The position numbers were made by a program, and so were the translations under genes. The notes beneath the pieces are model-generated. The model did no database searches. It saw nothing but the letters and a program-made list of their open reading frames with translations, and was not told the origin of the DNA. Below are positions 43,894-52,538 of a stretch of DNA of 64,000 bases, piece by piece. The stretch's first letter is position 1, and each line of letters starts with the position of its first letter. The stretch is from Clostridiales bacterium (GTDB lineage: Bacteria; Bacillota; Clostridia; Christensenellales; UBA1242). Where the stretch lies: contig SVIV01000002.1 in NCBI GenBank assembly GCA_015069325.1, positions 97,886 through 161,885 of the forward strand. Direction: 5' to 3'.

Positions 43894-44676
43894 ATGAAAA
43901 AGGGAATATCTTTATTTTTTGGATTTGATATAGAAATAGGCACACGAATTAAGATGATTAAAGATGCTGGTTTTGACTGTGTGATAACAAATGCAGATAA
44001 ACGGTTAAATAAACAAAATGGAAGCATATCAAAACAAATGAAATTACTTAAAAAATACAATTTACAACCTTCATCACTTCATATGAGATACATTCAAGAC
44101 GATCTTCCTTACTTTTGGCAAAAGGGAAGAAAAGGGGATAAAATTGAAAAGAACATAAAAAAAGATTTAAAGATTGCAAAAAAATATGGTTTCAAATGTG
44201 TCGTTATGCACTGTGCAGGCGAATATTCTTTAATCGGCGAACAAAGATTTTACCATATTTTATCATTATGCCAAAAACTTGACATTCCTATCGCTGTGGA
44301 AAACTTGCTTTCAAGCAAGCTTTTTGTGGAAATCTTTAAAAATATAAAAAATCGTTATTTAAAATTTTGTTATGATAGCGGACACGATAATTGCGATAAT
44401 GACGATAAAAACTATTTTGAATCATTTGGAGAAAAGCTCATCACTCTTCACCTTCACGATAACGATGGTAAAAAAGACCAACACACGCTAAATAAAGCTG
44501 GCACCATTGATTGGAAAATGATTGCAAAAAATATAAAAAAATATTCACCCGAAATCAATTTAGATTACGAAATCAAATGCCTTGCAGGCTGTGATAATAT
44601 GACCGCAAATGATGTGCTTTGCGAAGTGAAAAAACAGGCTGACAAACTTGAAGAAATGATTAAAAATCAAATGTAA
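43894..44676 (+). CDS. Sugar phosphate isomerase/epimerase (xylose-isomerase-like TIM barrel)
   Basis: VMH, IAVEN, CYDSGH, LHLHDNDG..DQH, GTIDW. Confidence 0.85.
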   Translation: MKKGISLFFGFDIEIGTRIKMIKDAGFDCVITNADKRLNKQNGSISKQMKLLKKYNLQPSSLHMRYIQDDLPYFWQKGRKGDKIEKNIKKDLKIAKKYGFKCVVMHCAGEYSLIGEQRFYHILSLCQKLDIPIAVENLLSSKLFVEIFKNIKNRYLKFCYDSGHDNCDNDDKNYFESFGEKLITLHLHDNDGKKDQHTLNKAGTIDWKMIAKNIKKYSPEINLDYEIKCLAGCDNMTANDVLCEVKKQADKLEEMIKNQM

Positions 44677-44713
44677 AAACTATAGAAAAAGAGCAGAACT
44701 AACTGCTCTTTTA

Positions 44714-45220
44714 TTATTCTTTTAAATTATAAATGTTTTTCTTTTTCTTAACTGCATAATTATATGCAAGAGTAGTTCCACTTCTTCGACAGTTGTTGAC
44801 GCCCCTTTTTGGCGGACTGAAAGAAATGGGTCTATAATTTTCATCGTAATAAAAAACACAAATATCACTTTCGTCAATCATATGATAGTTTCTCACAACA
44901 TAAGATTTCTGCCCTGCCCCTATCGCACACTTTGGAAAATAACTTTCATCATAGCGATTGCACACAAAAGAGTTGTCATCTTCATTATAATACTCAAGCC
45001 GAACATAAACTCGCCTGATAAAAGGATATTTTTGTTTAAGTTTTAATAGAATATCTGAGCAAAAATCATTGAAATGACTTCCACTTCCAATCAAAAACCG
45101 AGAAACATTGTCCTTTGTAATCAACTTTTCAAATAGCGTAAAAGTTTTTTCAAACAATTCATCAGTTGCTTCAATTTTTTTATGACCAATAAAGGTGCAG
45201 GTTTTAAAATGCTTCAACAT
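44714..45220 (-). CDS. SLOG / DUF1273-like protein
   Basis: CTFIGH, RNYHMIDESD, SGT..AYNYA. Confidence 0.7.
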   Translation of the reverse strand: MLKHFKTCTFIGHKKIEATDELFEKTFTLFEKLITKDNVSRFLIGSGSHFNDFCSDILLKLKQKYPFIRRVYVRLEYYNEDDNSFVCNRYDESYFPKCAIGAGQKSYVVRNYHMIDESDICVFYYDENYRPISFSPPKRGVNNCRRSGTTLAYNYAVKKKKNIYNLKE

Positions 45221-45326
45221 ATTGATATATTAACACATTTTTTAAAAATTATCAACACATCGAAGTATTTTTTACAAAAATATTTTTATCCTATTTTTAC
45301 TTCAATACAATGAATAGGAGAAAATT

Positions 45327-45566
45327 ATGAAACTTGTTAAAGCCTGTGCAAAAAGAATCAAAGAAATTATAGCTGAAAAAAATTTGAATCAATATAAACT
45401 TTATAAATGTAGCGGTGTCCCACAATCAACAATTAGCACTGTTTTAAAAGGAGAAATTAAAACTATCACAATTCACACAATTTACGACATTTGTGCAAGT
45501 TTAAATATCGAATTAAAAGACTTTTTTGATTGTGATTATTTAAGCCTTAAAAATATAGAAGATTAA
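45327..45566 (+). CDS. XRE-family HTH regulator
   Basis: NQYKL...GVPQSTIS, IC..LNIELKDFF; AGGAG SD. Confidence 0.85.
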   Translation: MKLVKACAKRIKEIIAEKNLNQYKLYKCSGVPQSTISTVLKGEIKTITIHTIYDICASLNIELKDFFDCDYLSLKNIED

Positions 45567-45694
45567 AAAAGAGCCAGTCGGCTCTTTTTTTACTTGGCAT
45601 TTTTTATTATATTCTTAAAGTCGTGCAACATCTGGTTGCCATCAACTCCCCAAGTCTTTTGTAACTTTTCTAGCATAGAAAAGTTAATATTCAT

Positions 45695-47170
45695 TTACAA
45701 CAAAATACAAAGCACTCCGCCTTTTCCTTCATTGACGATTCTTCCCAAAGTTTTACGCATTTTCTTTTGCGCTTCAAGTGGCATAAGCACAATTTTCGAG
45801 TTGATACTGTCGCCCACAAGTGAATATAAACTTTTTCCCAAAATGTTTGTTTCCCAAATAGAATTAGGATCTTGCTGAAATTGCTCAACAAGATTATTTG
45901 CAAGGTCTTGAGATTGCTCCTCATTGCCCACGATTGGCGTAACTTCTGTTTCTACATCAACCTTCATAATGTGTAAACTTGGAGCACTAGCCTTGATTTT
46001 AACCCCATATCGTCCACCCTGCTTTATGATTTCAGGGGTGCCTAGTTCTAAGTCATCTCGGGAAGGCTCAACAATGCCGTAGCCTGTTGATTTTACCTGT
46101 TCCAACGCATTTTTAATTTTGTCATACTCAACCTTCGCAACAGCCAATGCCTTGATATAACTGATAAGCGCAAAATCATCACAAATTTCATAGCCACATT
46201 CGTTTGAAAGCACTTTGTAAAAAAGGTCTTGCTTAGGAATAATACTGAAACGAATTGTCCCATTTCCTGCATTAATCGAAGAAATGGCAATAGGCTCGAA
46301 AAACACGCTTTCAGCAAAGGCAATTTGACTTTTATCTACGTCACTAAGTTTATTAATTTCACTGCCAAGGCGTTTCATCTCTCTTGCAACATCTGAAATA
46401 ATATCGCTTTCAAATTCAAGTGCACTAAGCCAAGACGGCATTTCTATTTTAATGGAAGACACAGGGAATTCCATTAAAGCACTTTTCATAATCTTATCCA
46501 CATCTTCTTCCTTCATTTCAAGGGCATTTACTGCTACCACAGGCACCGAATATTTTTCTTTTAACGCAAGCGTCAATTTTTTATTTTCTGCCGAGTTTGG
46601 ATTTTTACAATTCAGCACCATTACAAATGGCTTTCCACTTACCTTCATTTGACGAACAACCTTTTCTTCTGCATCAATGTAATTTGCCCTTGCAATCCCT
46701 GCTACAGACCCGTCAGTAGTTACAACAAATCCAATTGTAGAATGGTCATTAATCACCTTATCTGTGCCAATTTGGGCTGCTTGTTCGAATGGGATATCTT
46801 CACTAGTCCAAGGCGTTTTAACAAGTCTTGGCTTATCTTCTTCGGTATGCCCCATAACTCCGCTAACTACATAACCTACGCAGTCAATCATTCTCACCTT
46901 CATTTCTGCGTTTGCAATCTTGATTTTTACACTTTCATTTGGCACGAAGTTTGGCTGAGTAGTCATAATTGTTTTGCCTTCGGCAGACTGCGGAAGCTCA
47001 TCAATAGTGCGCTGTTTAACATTTTCGCTTTCAATGTTTGGGACAACAAACTTTTGCATAAACTGAGAAATAAATGTCGATTTCCCAACGCGAACAGGAC
47101 CTACAACTCCAATATAAATATCGCCATTTGTGCGAGATTGTATGTCTTGATAAATTTCATAATTTTCCAT
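45695..47170 (-). CDS. spoIVA: Stage IV sporulation protein A
   Basis: RTNGDIYIGVVGPVRVGKSTFI, DELPQS, IDCVGY, KTPW, APSLH. Confidence 0.96.
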   Translation of the reverse strand: MENYEIYQDIQSRTNGDIYIGVVGPVRVGKSTFISQFMQKFVVPNIESENVKQRTIDELPQSAEGKTIMTTQPNFVPNESVKIKIANAEMKVRMIDCVGYVVSGVMGHTEEDKPRLVKTPWTSEDIPFEQAAQIGTDKVINDHSTIGFVVTTDGSVAGIARANYIDAEEKVVRQMKVSGKPFVMVLNCKNPNSAENKKLTLALKEKYSVPVVAVNALEMKEEDVDKIMKSALMEFPVSSIKIEMPSWLSALEFESDIISDVAREMKRLGSEINKLSDVDKSQIAFAESVFFEPIAISSINAGNGTIRFSIIPKQDLFYKVLSNECGYEICDDFALISYIKALAVAKVEYDKIKNALEQVKSTGYGIVEPSRDDLELGTPEIIKQGGRYGVKIKASAPSLHIMKVDVETEVTPIVGNEEQSQDLANNLVEQFQQDPNSIWETNILGKSLYSLVGDSINSKIVLMPLEAQKKMRKTLGRIVNEGKGGVLCILL

Positions 47171-47190
47171 ATTTTTCTCCTTTGCAAGAT

Positions 47191-47219
47191 AATGTATGTT
47201 GTGGAAAATTGAAATATGA
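47191..47219 (-). promoter_or_regulatory. SigE-type promoter of spoIVA
   Basis: TCATATT-14 nt-CATACATT matches the mother-cell SigE consensus; spoIVA is SigE-controlled in characterised Firmicutes. Confidence 0.75.
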
Positions 47220-47255
47220 TTGCAAATAAAAAAGAAGGAGTTTTCTCCTTCTTAA

Positions 47256-48908
47256 TTATTTAGTTGTCTTTTTTGTAGCAGCCTTTTTTGTTGTTGACTT
47301 TGTTGAAGTTTTAGCCTTTGAAGTTGTTTTCTTAGGTTCTTCTTTCTTTTCAACTTTCTTAGAAGCTGGCTTTGATGCTACTTTCTTGTCTGCTGTTTTA
47401 GTTTCTGCTTTTTTAGTAGTCTTTTTCGCAGGTGCTTTTTCACTTGCTTCTTTCTTGTCTACAGGCTTTGCAGTAGATTTTGCAGGTGCTTTCTTCACTG
47501 ATTTTGCCTTTGCTTCCACTTTTTTATCGGCAGGCTTTGCTTCTTCCACCTTTTTCGTTGCTGACTTTTTAGCCACTTTTTTCGCAGGTGCTTTGTTTTC
47601 AACTTTTTCTTCTGCTTTAACTTCAATAGTTTTCATTTCATTTTCTTTTGCTTCTTCAGCAACACTTACAGTTTCAGCACTTTGCATTTCAAGTTCTAAT
47701 TTATGTTCGTCAGCCTTCTTTCTTAAAGACTTAAAGATTTTCTTATAACGAGCTTGCTCTTGTGCGATGTCTTCTTTTCCTGTAAGGTAATATCTTGCAA
47801 TTTCTTCGCCATCAACACCGTTTGCGTGCATATTTTCACAAGCACGGTTAAGTGCAAGAAGCTGTTCATTTTCTTTTAATGTGAAACGTTTACGAATAAC
47901 ATATTTTCTAATGCTCGTTGGCGCAGAGCCATCTTTCCAAAGAAGAGAAAGATATGTTTCTCTTTCGCTTTCTGGCGCTTGAACAAGCACTTTGTATTTG
48001 TCTTCTTTGCTTAAGTTGAAACCAATATTGTTTTTCACGCAAATAGGATCGGTAATTTTACGTTTTTCTTCTACACAGTCAAGTTCTAATTTAGTAATTT
48101 GAACCCTCTTAATCATTTTAAATACAAATGAAATTGACATTAAAATAAGTGGGATTGCAATGATTATAAGAATCATTGTATTGCTTGAAAGCATCTCTAA
48201 AAGGCTGCTCATTGTTTGTGCAGCAGGCGAATCATTGTAAACCCCTACAACCATTCTTTCACTGACTTTCCAGTAGTCTTTAGCTGTGTTTGAAGCACCT
48301 TTTGTTTGAAACCAATACATTCCGTTTTCATCTTCATAAATTTCAATGATAGTATGGAAAACAAGTTGTGCTTTATTTTTCCCTGCAGCAGCAATTTCAC
48401 TTGAAGGCACACCGAAAAATTCGGTAAACGAAAGCCCATACACATGCTCAGTGTTTTCTTTTGTTTGAGTGATTTCAATAGTGTCAAGCCTATTAAATTC
48501 TTCATAATCAGCAGCATATTTGTAGAATGCAATATGATCGCCAACATTCAATGTTTTAGTGTCAACCTTTTGCACAACAATCGTATCACCAATCTCAAAC
48601 CCTGCTTTCACCATACTGCCCGAAACAACCTGCATAAAGCTGTAACCAGCAAATGTAGGTGGAAGATGATTCATTTTAAAAATGAAACTGCTTAGCCCAA
48701 ACACACAACAAACCACACACATTGCAATTAAAACAACGTCAATAAAGATTGACAAAACCTTACCAACAGGACCTGTGCCAAACATTAACCATTTTTCATT
48801 TATTTTTCGTTTCTTTGAATACTTTTTGTCAAGGGCAAGAGCGGTCTTTTTAATTTTTTCTTGAACGCTATTGTCTTCCTTAACCAAAACATTAACATTA
48901 GACTGCAT
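47256..48908 (-). CDS. SipW-like (S26B) signal peptidase with extra domain and Lys/Ala-rich tail
   Basis: TM, VVSGSM (catalytic Ser), GDTIVV, LNVGDHIAF, VFHTI (His), TKGASN..D, second TM; tail of PAKK/AKK repeats. Confidence 0.82.
   Translation of the reverse strand: MQSNVNVLVKEDNSVQEKIKKTALALDKKYSKKRKINEKWLMFGTGPVGKVLSIFIDVVLIAMCVVCCVFGLSSFIFKMNHLPPTFAGYSFMQVVSGSMVKAGFEIGDTIVVQKVDTKTLNVGDHIAFYKYAADYEEFNRLDTIEITQTKENTEHVYGLSFTEFFGVPSSEIAAAGKNKAQLVFHTIIEIYEDENGMYWFQTKGASNTAKDYWKVSERMVVGVYNDSPAAQTMSSLLEMLSSNTMILIIIAIPLILMSISFVFKMIKRVQITKLELDCVEEKRKITDPICVKNNIGFNLSKEDKYKVLVQAPESERETYLSLLWKDGSAPTSIRKYVIRKRFTLKENEQLLALNRACENMHANGVDGEEIARYYLTGKEDIAQEQARYKKIFKSLRKKADEHKLELEMQSAETVSVAEEAKENEMKTIEVKAEEKVENKAPAKKVAKKSATKKVEEAKPADKKVEAKAKSVKKAPAKSTAKPVDKKEASEKAPAKKTTKKAETKTADKKVASKPASKKVEKKEEPKKTTSKAKTSTKSTTKKAATKKTTK
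47259..47640 (-). repeat. Low-complexity histone-H1-like repeats
   Basis: KAPAKK, KKAPAKS, KPADKK, KPVDKK, KPASKK in the peptidase tail. Confidence 0.8.
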
Positions 48909-49036
48909 TTTTTACCTCATTAATGTTATTATAACAAGATAGAAAGATTTTACCAAACTAATTTGCTTCTTTTTACAAAAAAATTAAAAAAATATTAAAT
49001 AAATTATTCTTTTTCTTCTTTTCTTCATTTTTAAAC

Positions 49037-49083
49037 AAAAAAAATCCTTCGGGAGATAGGTCATCATATCTTCCCAAAGGATT
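49037..49083 (-). terminator. Strong terminator after the last paralogue of the four-gene cluster
   Basis: AATCCTTTGGGAAGATA...TATCTCCCGAAGGATT followed by a T-run. Confidence 0.8.
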
Positions 49084-49105
49084 AATTTAAAAAGATTTAA
49101 ACTAA

Positions 49106-49696
49106 TTAAGCTTTTTTAACAAGAGCCCAAGTTACAACAGCGCTTCCTTCAGCAGAAGAACTTGTATAGTGAGCTGATTTGTTTGTATCTTTAATTGTTA
49201 CTGTGCAAGTAACTTCTACAGCAGCAGCAGCAGCTTCTGATTCACTAATAAGACCATCAGAGTCTGCGTCAGTAGCTGGAGCAACTTCAACTGAAGTTTT
49301 TGACCATTCAATTGTTACGTTAGCAAAATCAGTTGTATCTGTTACTGTAGCAACATATGTAGTTTCACCGACATTTGTGAATGTATAAGTGAATACAACT
49401 TGTTTGTTTGTAGCGTCAAGACCAATTGTTTCATCAGCTTTTAATTCGCCTCTTACTGTAGAATCAGTAACGTCGAATTCAGCTGTTCCCATATCTACGT
49501 CTTTAGTAATATTGTATTTTGCAGATACTGAACCTGCGATTTCACCAGTAACATTGTATTGAACATCGAAAGATGATCCAACTGTTTGTTGAGTTGCAGC
49601 GTAAACGCCGATGAGTCCACCAACTACTGCAACAAGAGCAACTGCAAGACCAATCACAGCATATGAAAGTTTCTTGCTAGATTTTTTTTGTTCCAT
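49106..49696 (-). CDS. Putative fibre/pilin subunit, paralogue 4 (likely major)
   Basis: KK-hydrophobic-GLIGVYA/ATQQTVGSSFDVQY; FTYTFTN; VTIKDTNKSAHY; codon choices resemble tuf by eye. Confidence 0.65.
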   Translation of the reverse strand: MEQKKSSKKLSYAVIGLAVALVAVVGGLIGVYAATQQTVGSSFDVQYNVTGEIAGSVSAKYNITKDVDMGTAEFDVTDSTVRGELKADETIGLDATNKQVVFTYTFTNVGETTYVATVTDTTDFANVTIEWSKTSVEVAPATDADSDGLISESEAAAAAVEVTCTVTIKDTNKSAHYTSSSAEGSAVVTWALVKKA

Positions 49697-49841
49697 TTTT
49701 AATTTCTCCTTAATTTTTTTTGTTTTGTGTCATATCCCTAAACGATGCAAGATGACCATTGCTTCGGTCCTCTACCCTTCCAAACATTTTTGAAAAGAAT
49801 GCCTAAACTTTATTTAACGATGTTAATTTATCAACTTTCTA

Positions 49842-50411
49842 TTATGGATTTGTAGGTGTCGTAGATGTAAGTGTCCAAACAAGACCTGCTGTTGAATTGC
49901 TTGTATAATGAGCTGATTTGTTTGTATCAATAATTGTTACTTGAATTGTTACTTCAACAGCATCAACACCAGAGCCTTCAACCCCTGCACCAGGCGCAAC
50001 TTTAACAGATGTTTTTGATGGAGTAACTGTTACGTTTGAATATGAACAGTTGTCTGCAAGAACAGCTTCATATTCATTTTCACCAATATTTAAGAATGTA
50101 TAAGTGAAAGTAATTGATTTATTTGTTACTGAAAGGTCAATTTTGCCTGCAGTGATTTTATCATAAGATGTTGCACCTTGTTCTTCAGTAGCAGCAAATG
50201 TAATCGCACCCATTTGAGTTTCTTGTCCGTTTAATACTTGATATTTTGCTGAAACGGTAGCAGCAATATCGCTTCCAACCGTATATTGAACATCGAATGA
50301 TGAGCCAACTGATTGTTGAATAGCAGCCCAAGCACCGATAAGTCCGCCAACTACGAAGCATACAGCAACTGCAAGCGACATAACGGCGATTGATAATTTT
50401 TTATTTGACAT
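49842..50411 (-). CDS. Putative fibre/pilin subunit, paralogue 3
   Basis: GLIGAWA/AIQQSVGSSFDVQY; FTYTFLN; VTIIDTNKSAHY. Confidence 0.65.
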   Translation of the reverse strand: MSNKKLSIAVMSLAVAVCFVVGGLIGAWAAIQQSVGSSFDVQYTVGSDIAATVSAKYQVLNGQETQMGAITFAATEEQGATSYDKITAGKIDLSVTNKSITFTYTFLNIGENEYEAVLADNCSYSNVTVTPSKTSVKVAPGAGVEGSGVDAVEVTIQVTIIDTNKSAHYTSNSTAGLVWTLTSTTPTNP

Positions 50412-50453
50412 AATTTATCTCCTTAAATATTAAATCTTGATTGTGAAGTAGAT

Positions 50454-51071
50454 TTAAACTTCTAAGTACTCTAAGGTAAAGCTTAACCCATTATCAGCAG
50501 AACTTGCAACATAAGCATTTAAGGTCGTCTTATCAACCGCAAATCTTATGCGGATGTAATGAGTGGCCTCCGGCTGAAGTACTAAAGTCATTTGAGAAAA
50601 ATCTGATGATGAAGAAAGTGTTGTCCATTCGGTAGTGCTTCCAGTTGAGATTATGTAAGAACAATTTATGTTTGCCAAATCATCTGAGAAACTTGCCCAA
50701 CTCGATATTACTTGCACTCCTTGCGAAGTTGACGCATTTTCGAATGTATAAGTAAAATCGACATAGGTTTTATCTGCCGTAAGTGCTATGTTGTGCCCTT
50801 GGCCCAATTGCTCTATTTGCTGAACGGAATTGATATCATACTGAATATCCCCCATTTCAACAATGTTTTCTCCTTGGATTTGATAGTATGCTGAAACCTT
50901 TGCCGCAATGTTTTGCCCGACTTCATATTTAATATTGAAATCTGCATCCATTGACTGCATTGTTGCTGCATATACCCCTATTAATGCACCTGTGATTGCG
51001 ATAAGACTGAAAACCAAAAGAAAAACCGCTAGTGTGAATTTAGATCTTGCACTCTTTCTTTTTGCCATCAT
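50454..51071 (-). CDS. Putative fibre/pilin subunit, paralogue 2
   Basis: ALIGVYA/ATMQSMDADFNIKY; IAAKVSAYY; FTYTFEN; start moved to MMAKRK (AGGGG SD). Confidence 0.62.
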   Translation of the reverse strand: MMAKRKSARSKFTLAVFLLVFSLIAITGALIGVYAATMQSMDADFNIKYEVGQNIAAKVSAYYQIQGENIVEMGDIQYDINSVQQIEQLGQGHNIALTADKTYVDFTYTFENASTSQGVQVISSWASFSDDLANINCSYIISTGSTTEWTTLSSSSDFSQMTLVLQPEATHYIRIRFAVDKTTLNAYVASSADNGLSFTLEYLEV

Positions 51072-51076
51072 TACCC

Positions 51077-51643
51077 CTAATCTCCAATTTTGACAATAAC
51101 CCACTCAAGGCCATTCTCAGCATTACTTAAATAGGTGGCATCTCTATCAAGGTTTACGACTGCGATAGTCATTTCAACCGTCCAAGTTTCACCGGCACCA
51201 ACGATAAAACCATTTTGTGGCCTACCGTCTTCACCGTTTACTAAGCAGTAAATACTAATGTTTGATTTGATTGATTCATCTACAAGTGTAACTTTCATTT
51301 CCTTATTCTTCTCATTGTTTGTGAACGTATAGGTAAATTTTACACTACTATGTTCCTGAGTAAGAACAATAGGATCGATTGAAAGCATTTGGTATGCTGT
51401 TTGTTTGTCGTCTTTAGGGTCAAATACGATTTTGCCGAAGCTTACTTCATTACCTTCAAACGTATATTTCCCTTCAACAGTAGCAGCAACCTTCACTTGA
51501 TAGTGCACTTCAAAACTATCATCAGTTTTTAATGCAAAGTAGGCCCCCAAAGCACCCCCTACTAAAAAAAGAATGCAAATTATAAGGATTATTATAAGTT
51601 TTATTCTTTTCTTTTTAGACTCGCCTTGGTAATTTTCTGCCAT
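51077..51643 (-). CDS. Putative fibre/pilin subunit, paralogue 1
   Basis: GALGAYFA...SFEVHY; VAATVEGKY; FTYTFTN; ends NGLEW. Confidence 0.62.
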   Translation of the reverse strand: MAENYQGESKKKRIKLIIILIICILFLVGGALGAYFALKTDDSFEVHYQVKVAATVEGKYTFEGNEVSFGKIVFDPKDDKQTAYQMLSIDPIVLTQEHSSVKFTYTFTNNEKNKEMKVTLVDESIKSNISIYCLVNGEDGRPQNGFIVGAGETWTVEMTIAVVNLDRDATYLSNAENGLEWVIVKIGD

Positions 51644-51699
51644 CTTTTCCTCTTTTTCGACTTTTGTTGTTTTTAGGTTTCCCCAAAATACTTACCCTT

Positions 51700-51729
51700 A
51701 TTCTATCGCAAAGCATAAAGTCTTGTCAA
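51700..51729 (-). promoter_or_regulatory. SigA-like promoter of the paralogue cluster
   Basis: TTGACA-18 nt-TAGAAT. Confidence 0.6.
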
Positions 51730-51791
51730 ATAAATTAAAGCACTTTTTAAAAAAAATATTTTTTCTTGTCGAATACAAAAAAAAGAAGATG

Positions 51792-52538
51792 TCAATCTTC
51801 TTTCTTTTCTTCAGTCGTTATTTCTTCTTGCTTCTTTATTTCAGTGTTTTCTACTTCGTTTTGTTTTTTGTGCAAAACCTTTGTAAGTTTATCTTTAAAA
51901 CCAACTTTATTCTCTTTCCCTTGAATTAGCCTCTTTATGTTTGAATGATGTTTTGCAAGTGTAAGCACATACAAAAACCAAACTACACATGTTGTTACAA
52001 TTGCGCTAAGCACACTAAATTCACTAATCCAAGCATAAGCCGTTAATGCAATTGCAAGCCCGCCAGTATAAATGAATGAAGTAACAGAGCCTATATCAAT
52101 AATAATTAAAATAAGAAAGCACACCGCAAACCAACTTAATGCAACATACCAAAGTGGAGAGAATAAGAAAATTCCCGCAAAAACTGCAACTCCTTTTCCC
52201 CCTTTAAATTTTGACCAGCATGGAAAATCATAACCAATCACCATAAATAATGCAGCTGTGAAATAAGCAACTTCAGCATAATCAGCATAACCAATAAACT
52301 GAAACATTAATTTAAAGAGTAGGCATGTCAACCCTGCTTTTGCAATCTCACACGCAAACGTTGCAAGCGCAAGTCCAAATCCGTGTGAACGAAGCATATT
52401 CATAGTTCCTGGATTTTTGCTTCCGATTTTTGTGATATCCTTTCGTCTGGCATTCCACGAAATAATCTTAGCAAAGTTGATTGTTCCTATAAAATAGGAG
52501 ACAAAAGCAACCATAATTAATAAAAGTGCCAATTCCAT
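51792..52538 (-). CDS. plsY: Glycerol-3-phosphate acyltransferase PlsY
   Basis: GSKNPGTMN, FKGGKGVA, KHHSNIKRL..GKE. Confidence 0.92.
   Translation of the reverse strand: MELALLLIMVAFVSYFIGTINFAKIISWNARRKDITKIGSKNPGTMNMLRSHGFGLALATFACEIAKAGLTCLLFKLMFQFIGYADYAEVAYFTAALFMVIGYDFPCWSKFKGGKGVAVFAGIFLFSPLWYVALSWFAVCFLILIIIDIGSVTSFIYTGGLAIALTAYAWISEFSVLSAIVTTCVVWFLYVLTLAKHHSNIKRLIQGKENKVGFKDKLTKVLHKKQNEVENTEIKKQEEITTEEKKED

Noticed and set aside
49106-51643. Type IV or sortase-dependent pilins
   Set aside because: No class III G/FxxxE motif, no LPxTG or YPKN, and no PilB/PilC or sortase nearby; the adjacent peptidase is S26-type
51650-51700. c-di-GMP-I riboswitch ahead of the fibre cluster
   Set aside because: A GAAA-capped hairpin is present (51671-51688), but the GCAAAC/GACGCAAAG core and second stem are missing and the leader is too short
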